64,000 bases of DNA from Magnetococcales bacterium (GTDB lineage Bacteria > Pseudomonadota > Magnetococcia > Magnetococcales > JADFZT01): positions 338 to 64,337 of the forward strand of contig JADFZT010000020.1 of NCBI GenBank assembly GCA_015232395.1, written 5' to 3'. Under the pieces are notes generated by a model. The model was not told the origin of the DNA. It ran no database searches and saw only the letters and a program-made list of their open reading frames with translations. Made by a program: the position numbers and the translations under genes. Shown piece by piece: positions 53,959 to 62,500 of this stretch; position 1 is the first letter of the stretch, and the number at the start of each line of letters is the position of its first letter.

Positions 53959-54713
53959 ACCGGGCGGAATTGATTCGGCAGGTGGTGGCCCGCTTTTTGG
54001 GACTTTTCCAAGAGGGGGTTCTGCTGGAAGGCCCTCTGCACCGCCACGGCCTACGCTCATCCATCCAGTGTCTCAAGCTCCACGCCCTGCTGGAAGAAGC
54101 CACCAAGCAGCGCGTCCCACCCATCACCACCGACATGACCCTGGCAGAGATCGTGATGCGTTTCAGGGGGGAGGTTATGGAAACAGCTACAGCTGCCACA
54201 ACGGCTAACGCCACAGCGCCGCACACCTCTTCCGCCCGTCCCTCCCCTCCCTCCACTGATGGGCAACACCCAAGCCGGGAAATGGATCCATCGCGCTTTT
54301 CCAGAGAGCCATCCTCTTCCCAATCCCCCCACCAAAAGTGGGAGATTCCCCCTTTTTTTGTTGGCATCGATATCGAAGAGGTAGCCAACCTGCCCGAAAC
54401 CGACCACTACCGGGCCACCCCCTTCTATCGGGATAATTTCAGCAGCCGGGAGATCGCCACCGCACTCCTGAAACCCTCCCCCCGGATCACCTTCTGCGGC
54501 TGGTTTTGCGCCAAGGAAGCCCTCAAGAAGGCACTACCGGAGGTCACACCCTTACGCCTGTCAGAAATCGAAATCCACGAAGCCGCAGGGCGACCCCGGA
54601 TCACCACCATTCACCCCCGGATCAATCAGCGTTACCAACTGCAACTCTCCATCAGCCATACCGAGCACACTGCCGTAGCGGTGGTGCATGCCTTTCAGGT
54701 GCGCCATGGGTAG
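53955..54713 (+). CDS. Carrier-protein-like domain fused to AcpS-type 4'-phosphopantetheinyl transferase
   Basis: The ATG overlaps the previous stop (ATGA). The N-terminal ~75 aa, RAELIRQVVARFLGL...HGLRSSIQCLKLHALLEE, resemble an ACP/DltC helix II region with Ser in the DSL position. After a low-complexity linker comes FFVGIDIEEVANL...FSSREI...FCAKEALKKALPE...LSISHTEHTAVAVV (ACPS). Confidence 0.75.
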   Translation: MNRAELIRQVVARFLGLFQEGVLLEGPLHRHGLRSSIQCLKLHALLEEATKQRVPPITTDMTLAEIVMRFRGEVMETATAATTANATAPHTSSARPSPPSTDGQHPSREMDPSRFSREPSSSQSPHQKWEIPPFFVGIDIEEVANLPETDHYRATPFYRDNFSSREIATALLKPSPRITFCGWFCAKEALKKALPEVTPLRLSEIEIHEAAGRPRITTIHPRINQRYQLQLSISHTEHTAVAVVHAFQVRHG

Positions 54714-56520
54714 GCAATCCGGCTGGCTTCAGCGGTTGATGACTTTTTTTGAAGAGGGGGCGATCTGGAAATGGCGTTTTCTATTCCAGGGAGGCAAACT
54801 CTCCCGTTTTCCCCGGTTGGATCCCTACCGCCGTCTTGCTTTCGACCCCATTGACAAAGGCAGCCGGATCCTGGTGGTGGGAGATGGGGTGGCGGCGTTT
54901 ACCCTGTTGCAGGCGCTGCACCGTTACGGTTTCAGGCATCTCACTTTACTGGCTCCCTTCGATACCCTGGGTGGAACCTGTCTACACCACGGCTGTATGG
55001 TTTCCGCCTGGCTCTCCACCCGGGAAAACCTCGATGCAGCCACTCTGGATGCGGGCCTGACCCAGTTGCGCCAAAAATTGGTCCAGGGCATGACCCACAC
55101 CCTGGAAAATCTGGGGGTCCATTTTGAGCCTGGCTCTCTTCAGGAGATTGACAACCAAACAGCCATCACCCGGGCAGGGGGGCGGATAGCCTTCGATCGA
55201 TTGGTGCTGGCTACCGGCAGTCGCCGGCGTTCCCATCCCATCCTGGGTGAGACCCTCTCACTGCCGCAGTTTTGGTCATTGCGTGAAGGCCATATCGTGA
55301 TCGTCAACGAGGGTTCTCCAGAAATATATACCCTCGCCCACTTGGCCCAACGTCTGGGACTCCGGGTCACCCTGCTCCTCACGGGAAATCGTCCACAGCC
55401 CCGGCCCCCTTCCTTGCTGGATCTCCAATCCCGGTTGCAAGAGCAGGGGGTTGTCATGCATCACTCTGTCCGAATTTTGGAACGGCACAACACCACCCTG
55501 AGCGTCACCGTGGATGGGAGGAGCCTCCAGATTTCCTTCGAGCATCTTTTCCATCTGGGTGCACCCATCCCCAATCTGCCACGGGTGGACGGACATTTTT
55601 TAACCTTGGGGGATCTGGATCTGGAGCGGGGCTCTTTTCGCCACCATGAAAACCTCTACGCCGTGGGTGATGCAGCTGGTTTTTTCACCGCTGCCGAAGC
55701 CCAATGGCACGCTGAAGCCTTGGCCCGGACCTTCTCCCAGGGCACACCCATGCGCTGGGCACCCCTGGAGCGGCTGCCAATGCTCTTCCATGGTGACCCC
55801 CCTCTGGCCATGGTGGGGGAACCCCTCTCTCTGTTTCGCAGCAAAGGCTGGCGTCGGATCGATTTTTCCAGCCTGGGCTGGTCTGCCATCCACGGTATCC
55901 ACGGGCAGCTCTGGTATCTCCCTTGTGCCGATGGTCGCTCTCTTTCAGCGATCCACATCGCCCACCCACAAGCTGATCTTTTGATCGGCCAAGCCGCTGC
56001 TCTGCTGGATTACGCCCTGGACGATCCCCGCTGGCAGCTTAGCGCTCCCCATCCATCGGCAGGAGAGATTTTTCACCTTTTGATCTCGGATTGGCGTACT
56101 TTTAAAAAGCCTTCGCCTGTTGTGGCCAAACCCTCCCGCCTGCCCCGAACCCCCGTCTCCAGGATCCTCCATCTCTCCTCTGGCCTCATCCATTTTTCCC
56201 TGGAAGAGCGACAAGCTGCCCCCCTGCAACCCGACCCGGAGCGCTATCTGAAACTACTCCTGGCCCTTAAAAATCGCCTCGGCCTCACCAGCCAGGAGAC
56301 CCTGCCCCTGATTCCGGATGGGAAGGGGGGATATGTAGCGGATGGAGTTGGACCATTTCGGGATGTGTGGGAGTCTTCGACCGGTATCCTGAAATTTTAC
56401 TGGCAGGAGGAGCAAGACCCCCTCCTCGTCATCGATGATAAGCCCGCAGCCCCCCTCCCCTCTCCGACCACCGATGGGGAGCAGGGAGGGAAGCGGCAAA
56501 CTCATCCATTGCATGGATAG
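54688..56520 (+). CDS. E3-like FAD-dependent pyridine-nucleotide-disulfide oxidoreductase with unassigned C-terminal extension
   Basis: ILVVGDGVAAFTLLQAL (FAD GxGxxA), GGTCLHHGCMVS (E3-type redox disulfide CxxxxC), IVIVNEGSPE (second dinucleotide fold) and YAVGDAAGF. The alternative start ATG 54706 overlaps the upstream stop. Confidence 0.75.
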   Translation: MPFRCAMGRQSGWLQRLMTFFEEGAIWKWRFLFQGGKLSRFPRLDPYRRLAFDPIDKGSRILVVGDGVAAFTLLQALHRYGFRHLTLLAPFDTLGGTCLHHGCMVSAWLSTRENLDAATLDAGLTQLRQKLVQGMTHTLENLGVHFEPGSLQEIDNQTAITRAGGRIAFDRLVLATGSRRRSHPILGETLSLPQFWSLREGHIVIVNEGSPEIYTLAHLAQRLGLRVTLLLTGNRPQPRPPSLLDLQSRLQEQGVVMHHSVRILERHNTTLSVTVDGRSLQISFEHLFHLGAPIPNLPRVDGHFLTLGDLDLERGSFRHHENLYAVGDAAGFFTAAEAQWHAEALARTFSQGTPMRWAPLERLPMLFHGDPPLAMVGEPLSLFRSKGWRRIDFSSLGWSAIHGIHGQLWYLPCADGRSLSAIHIAHPQADLLIGQAAALLDYALDDPRWQLSAPHPSAGEIFHLLISDWRTFKKPSPVVAKPSRLPRTPVSRILHLSSGLIHFSLEERQAAPLQPDPERYLKLLLALKNRLGLTSQETLPLIPDGKGGYVADGVGPFRDVWESSTGILKFYWQEEQDPLLVIDDKPAAPLPSPTTDGEQGGKRQTHPLHG

Positions 56521-56534
56521 CCGGGCCTCATACC

Positions 56535-58076
56535 ATGCTCTTCAACTCCTTCCCCTTTATCCTGGCTTTTCTTCCAGTGACCCTGCTGGGGTTTTATCTC
56601 CTGGGAGAGCGGGGGCATCGGAGCGGGGCGCTGGTGTGGTTGGTTTTCTGCTCACTCTTTTTCTACGGCTGGTGGAACCCACGCTATCTGGCGCTCATCC
56701 TGGGATCCATCGCTTTTAATTATGGGGTGGGAATTTGGCTGGAAAAATGGGGCCATTCCGGGAGAAAAAAACGGACTGGCTGGCTCCTGGCCCTGGGGAT
56801 TTTGGCTAATCTGATCGTTCTTGGCTATTTCAAATACAGCCTTTTTTTTCTGGAAAATCTCAACCTGATTCTGGACAACCGGTTTCACATTGAGGCGATC
56901 ATCCTGCCCCTGGGCATCTCCTTTTTTACCTTTCAACAGATCGCCTGGCTCACCGACATCCATCGGGGGGGAAAAATTCAGGGACATTTTCTCCATTACA
57001 GCTTTTTCGTGGTTTTTTTCCCCCAGCTCATCGCAGGCCCCATCGTGCGCCACAAGGAGATGGTCCATCAATATCAAAATCCGGCCTTCACCCGGCTGGA
57101 TCCAACCAACCTTTCACTGGGTCTTACCCTCTTTTTCATCGGACTTTACAAAAAAGTAGCCATCGCCGACCGGTTGGCCCCCTTCGTGGATCCCCTTTTT
57201 TTGGCCGCTGAGGCAGGCCATGCCCTCAATTTTACCGATGCCTGGCTCGCCGGCCTCGGTTTCGGCTGCCAGATCTATTTCGACTTTTCCGCCTATTCGG
57301 ACATGGCCATGGGCCTTGCCGCCCTGTTCAACTTAAGGCTGCCTGTCAATTTCAACTCCCCCTTCAAGGCCTGCAACATTGTCCAGTTTTGGCAACGGTG
57401 GCACATCACCCTCAGCCGTTTTTTGGCCCACTATCTCTTTGCCCCGATAGCCCTCACCATGCATCGGCTGGCAGAACGTTTGGCAGTGGGTGGCTGGGGC
57501 CGCTTTTGGCTCACGGTTCAGGTGCCGCTCCTTGTCACCTTTCTTCTCTCCGGCCTCTGGCACGGGGCGGGGTGGACTTTTATCTGCTGGGGGGGGCTCC
57601 ACGGCCTATATCTCATCATCCACAACCTCTGGTCGGCCTGGCGGGAGCGATGGGGCAACAAAACAAGACTGAGTTGGCTGGGGGAGCTGGCGGCCCGCCT
57701 GCTCGCCCAAGGCATGACCTTTGCCGCCATCACCGTGGCCTGGATTCTCTTCCGGGCGGAATCATTGGGGGGGGCTGGGGTGATGCTTCGGGCCATGGCC
57801 GGTCAGAGCGGATTTCAAGCGGATCGGATTGACTTTCCCGCCGGGGGGCTGGTGGTGGTCCTCTTGCTGATCACCTGGTTGGCGCCCAATGCCCTGGAAC
57901 TCACCCGCCGCTACCAGCCTGCACTGGAAAACCATCGGGGGGAGATTCGTCAATTTGCGCCAGTGGTGTGGCGTCCCAGTGCGTTTTCCGGGTTGGTCCT
58001 GTCGCTCCTGGCCTTTCTCGGTCTGCTCTATCTTTTTGTCTGGACCCGCGATGAATTCATCTACTTCCAATTCTGA
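56535..58076 (+). CDS. MBOAT-family membrane O-acyltransferase (AlgI/DltB-like)
   Basis: MLFNSFPFILAFLPV... N-terminus and multiple TM helices. The signature is FWQRWHITLSRFLAHYLF and SGLWHGAGWTF. Confidence 0.9.
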   Translation: MLFNSFPFILAFLPVTLLGFYLLGERGHRSGALVWLVFCSLFFYGWWNPRYLALILGSIAFNYGVGIWLEKWGHSGRKKRTGWLLALGILANLIVLGYFKYSLFFLENLNLILDNRFHIEAIILPLGISFFTFQQIAWLTDIHRGGKIQGHFLHYSFFVVFFPQLIAGPIVRHKEMVHQYQNPAFTRLDPTNLSLGLTLFFIGLYKKVAIADRLAPFVDPLFLAAEAGHALNFTDAWLAGLGFGCQIYFDFSAYSDMAMGLAALFNLRLPVNFNSPFKACNIVQFWQRWHITLSRFLAHYLFAPIALTMHRLAERLAVGGWGRFWLTVQVPLLVTFLLSGLWHGAGWTFICWGGLHGLYLIIHNLWSAWRERWGNKTRLSWLGELAARLLAQGMTFAAITVAWILFRAESLGGAGVMLRAMAGQSGFQADRIDFPAGGLVVVLLLITWLAPNALELTRRYQPALENHRGEIRQFAPVVWRPSAFSGLVLSLLAFLGLLYLFVWTRDEFIYFQF

Positions 58077-58995
58077 CGAAGGTTGGCCTTTCGTGGCCTG
58101 GTTCCTCTGGACCCTGGGAGCGCTTCTTCTGTTTTCAGCATTGGCCAGTGAATCGCTCATTCGCCTGAAAGTGGAAAAGCAGGACAATCGCCTGCACCAC
58201 CTGACGATCTACCATACCGACTCAAGCCCCACCGCCATATTTGGCGACTCCCATGGGGCCGTGGATCTGCAACCCAAGGAAGGAGTGGTCAATCTGGCCT
58301 ATGTCAGGGAATCCATAGAGGTGATCGCCATGAAGATCCGCCTTCTTCTGGATCGACGCCCACTCAAGCGGATCATCCTCCAGGCGGATCCATCGATGTT
58401 CGGCCCCTATCGCCTGGATGCCGTTGCCGATGTGGAGGCCTTTCGCCATCTGGACCAAGGCGGTTTCAATACCAGTTTTTTTACGCTCCGCATTGTTCTC
58501 GACCAACACCGCCCCCAAATTCTCAATTATTGGCGGGTTTGGTTCGAGGTGGGCAGTTTCCAAAAGCCGATCCTGCGCCTGCATCCCGGAGGATGGCTCG
58601 AAATGAGACGCCAATGGTTGGAGATGCCCGCTCCCCGCCGCAAACAGGAAACCCTGGCCCGCATCGCCTTACAGCGTCCACCGGCTCACTTTGCCGACCA
58701 CCGGTTTACCTCCATCTACACCCAACTGCTCACTGAATTGATCGATGTGCGCCACATTCCGGTCTGCCTGATCGGCTTTCCCATGTCCCCCGACTATCTG
58801 GCGGAAATGGGCCCCTCTTTCGACCTGGTACAATCCTGGTTTCAAAAAACCGCCTTGGCCCATGGTGCAGCCTATTTCAACTATGTCGATCTCTATGGGG
58901 AACAGCCCCATCTTTTTGCCGACCAGGATCATCTCAATAAGGATGGGGCAGCCATTTTTTCTGAAAGGGTTTTCCACGATTGTGGGGTCGATTGA
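58051..58995 (+). CDS. N-terminally anchored extracytoplasmic protein in the DltD/AlgJ position (SGNH-like block I)
   Basis: ATG 58051 overlaps the MBOAT end by 26 nt. It has one TM helix (WPFVAWFLWTLGALLLFSAL) followed by AIFGDSHGAVDL (GDS-type motif). Homology is not otherwise recognisable by eye. Confidence 0.5.
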   Translation: MNSSTSNSDEGWPFVAWFLWTLGALLLFSALASESLIRLKVEKQDNRLHHLTIYHTDSSPTAIFGDSHGAVDLQPKEGVVNLAYVRESIEVIAMKIRLLLDRRPLKRIILQADPSMFGPYRLDAVADVEAFRHLDQGGFNTSFFTLRIVLDQHRPQILNYWRVWFEVGSFQKPILRLHPGGWLEMRRQWLEMPAPRRKQETLARIALQRPPAHFADHRFTSIYTQLLTELIDVRHIPVCLIGFPMSPDYLAEMGPSFDLVQSWFQKTALAHGAAYFNYVDLYGEQPHLFADQDHLNKDGAAIFSERVFHDCGVD

Positions 58996-59043
58996 GTGGG
59001 CGTCCCTTCCGAAAACCTGTTTTTGCTCGAAAACCAGGAACTC

Positions 59044-59110
59044 GGAAGGGACTGGAATGGCGTCCAAAAGCTGAAGAAAACCGAGCCTGCACACCAAGCC
59101 CTGGAGAGAG
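59044..59110 (+). repeat. Dispersed repeat family 1, copy D (core only)
   Basis: The sequence is GGAAGGGACTGGAATGGCGTCCAAAAGCTGAAGAAAACCGAGCCTGCACACCAAGCCCTGGAGAGAG. Confidence 0.5.
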
Positions 59111-59118
59111 ACAAAGGC

Positions 59119-59520
59119 TTACATTTCAGACTGCAGATACTTGGCCATCTGCATGTCCGTTCCAAGGATGTGTTTGGTCACCCACTCTTTGAGGAAATCC
59201 AAAACCTCTGGTGTAATACCTTCGCCTTCGGCCTTGAACTTATTCTGCAAATTTACCGCCTGTTCCAGCAGGGAGGCATGTTCATTTTTATGCTCCATGA
59301 AACCGTCATATTCATAGGTTTGCATCAACCGTTCTTCATGACGAAAGTGCCACAAGGTATAGCTCAACAACTCCTCAAGCACTATTTCCATCTCTTCGCT
59401 TTCCTTGTTTTCAGCGACAGATTGAATGAGGTCGTTGAGAAGATCAATCAGGCGTTGATGATCTTTGTCGATCTCAGGGATACCAACACTCAGTGAATCG
59501 TTCCAGATAAGCTGTTCCAT
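59119..59520 (-). CDS. Bacteriohemerythrin
   Basis: 133 aa. WNDSLSVGIPEIDKDHQRLIDLLN...HFRHEERLM...HKNEH...WVTKHILGTD carries the hemerythrin His/Asp iron-ligand pattern. Confidence 0.9.
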   Translation of the reverse strand: MEQLIWNDSLSVGIPEIDKDHQRLIDLLNDLIQSVAENKESEEMEIVLEELLSYTLWHFRHEERLMQTYEYDGFMEHKNEHASLLEQAVNLQNKFKAEGEGITPEVLDFLKEWVTKHILGTDMQMAKYLQSEM

Positions 59521-59577
59521 TTCCCCCCCAAAAAAAATTGACTGATTGATTCAGGGCTCCATACCGACTGATAAGAA

Positions 59578-62500
59578 TCAAAAACCTTCGAAACCGATCA
59601 AAGAGACATCGTCTCTGCGTTTGCTATCCCCCTGATAATCGATCAAGGCTTGCAGGATAGGCCCCTCCTGTTGATCCATGGGCCTATCCCGAAGGGTTTC
59701 AAGCAGACGCATAAAACGCCGTTTGCCAAAGCTGCGTTTTTTCTCTCCACCAATTTGATCGATAATGCCATCCGAGGTCATGTAGTAGCGTTTGTCAGCG
59801 CCAAATGCCAAGGTGTGCGCGGTAAAATCAAAATCCCGATCAATACCTCGATATCCAATACCGGATTTGTCCCCTTTGATCTCCTGAACACCCCCTTCAT
59901 CAACGATAAACAGCGAAAATCTGGCCCCGGAATAGACCATTTTTTTCCGGCGTTTATTAATAAAGCAAACCCCCAGCTCCAAACCATCGTCTGAATCCCC
60001 CAGCTCCTTGTCCTGACCGAGAGCCAACTGAATCAGCTGATGCATGCGTTGGATCAAGGTTCCCGTATCTCCGGGGGCCACTTCCAGTATGGCCTGATCC
60101 AGGGCACCGTTGGCAATCAAGGTCATGAATGCCCCGGGCACCCCATGACCCGTGCAATCCCCAAGGATAATGACACTGCCATTAAACCAGGGACGGTACC
60201 AATACATATCACCACCAACCACATCACGAGGCTCCCAAATGAGACAATGTTGAGGCAAAACCGTATTGATGACCTCCGTGGGCGGCATGATGGAGCGTTG
60301 AATCCGGCTGGCATACTGGATGGAGCTGGAAATAATGGCCAGGGCATCCTTCAAGCGATCATCGGCCATTTTTCTCTGGGTGATATCTTCCTTATTGGCA
60401 ACAAAATGGCTGATATTTCCATCCCGGTCCCGAAGGGGAGAAATCGTGGTGGCTTCCCAATACAGCTCCCCACTCTTGCGTTTATTCAGGAATTCACCTT
60501 TCCAGGTTTTCCCCTTGGATAAGGTCTGCCAAAGATCCTGATAGAGGTGGGAATCCATTTCCCCTGATTTCAAAATACGCGGATTGCTGCCGATGGCTTC
60601 TTCCTGGCTATAGCCACTCACCTTGGAAAATTGTGGATTGACGAACTCTATGTTGGCGTCACGATCGGTGATCACGATGGATAGAGGGCTCTGTTCCACA
60701 GTTCTGGACAGCTTTGTCAGCTCGATTTCCAACTCCTGCCGATGGGAAATTTCACGACGCATGCGTCGATTCCAGATAACGATGATCAGAATGATGGTCA
60801 AGGAGACCACAACAGCAGGAACGGCATAAAACAGGATGGTCCTGATATCCAGACCAAGTTTGATCTGGTGGGCCATCCAGGTATTCTTGATGGCTTTCTT
60901 TTCGGAGGTGTCCAGCGAAGCGAGGGCCTTGTCCAGGATGGGAACCAACTCCGGCCAATCCTTGCGCACCCCCATGGAGAGAGCATAATCGTAAGATGTG
61001 GGTGCGGCAATCTGAAGCTGACTCAGACCCAACCGCTCCATTTCATAACTGATAACCCCGAGACTATCGACCACAGCATCGATGGTTCCCGCATCCAGAT
61101 CCTGGAGAAGTTGGGCGACGTCGGTTTTTTCCACCAGTTGTATCGCTGGATAATCATCCGTGAGCCACTCAACGGCGACATTCCCTTTCACCACCCCTAC
61201 CCGCTTGCCCTGGAGATCATCGAGCCCCCCGATCAAAGCCCCCCCCTTACGATTGACAATACCCATGGGGAACGAAACATAAGGCTGGGTAAAATTTAAA
61301 AATGTTTCCCGCTCCGGGGTCCGCACAATCGCGGGCAAAAGATCCAGTTTACCCTGCTTGACTTTTTCGATCACCTGGACCCAGGAGAGTGCTGTGACCG
61401 GCTCCATGGCCACGTTCAAACGCCGTTCAAGGGCCTCGACATATCCGGAGCTTACCCCGGCATAAGCACCCTTCTCATCCACAAATTCAATCGGCGGCCA
61501 GGAGTTGTCGATACCCAGCCGTACCAGATGGTGCTCGGAGAGCCACTGTTTTTCACTGGAGGTCAACCTGACCTTATCCCGTTCGGAATCAACGATGTTG
61601 ATCCATTTACCCTGAATTGCCTGCTCTTCCTCCTCGGTGATGGTGTCCAGCCCTTTTTGCAAAATGGATTGCAGCAGGGGTTCGTCATCCCGGGAAAACA
61701 GATGGATTGAAGAGGCTGCGAATTCAGTTTGAATGATGGCTTTCAAACCAATGATCGCATTGGTTTTGATGGCCTGTTCCACAGCCATCTGAACTTCCAT
61801 CATGGCATCCACTTCCCCATTCAACACCTTGCTGATCGAATCCATCAGATTCTGTGTTTCGACAATGACCGCCTGGGGATATTTTTCCTTGAGTTTGGGA
61901 ATGGTGCCATACCCCTTGACAACAGCTATGCGCCCCTTTGCCAGATCGTCCATGGCGGTGATTGGGGAGCCTTCCTTCACATAAATGAATTCCCGAATAA
62001 AGAAGTAGGGTTTGGAGTAAAGACCATAGGTCGCCCGCTCATCGGTGTAATAGGTTGCTGGCAAGAGATCGATGTTTTTTTCCTGTAGTCCGGTCAGCAA
62101 GGTTTGCCACGCATCACTGACGATCTCCAGCTTGAGCCCGGTTCGTTCTGACAGCAGGTCCAGGTAGGCTCCTGCCAGGCCGCCAACACGACCGTCCTCT
62201 TTGGTGAAAACCACCGGCGCCCACTCCTCGACTCCAACCTTGACGCGATGCTGTTCAATCCAACGTTTTTCCGATTCGGTCAGAGAGACGATCCGCCCCA
62301 ATCCCGACCCGGAGGAGATGCCTGACAAGGAGAGATAACGCCCGATGATCGTGCGCTTTTCCTCCTCCGAGATCGAACCCAGGGCCTTGTCGAGGATATC
62401 TCTCAAAATGGCACGATCTTTTGGAACAGCCATATGGAGGAGTTGTGGTTTATCACCAATAAGGGCAACCGCTTTGACACCAGGCAGTAAATTTTGATCG

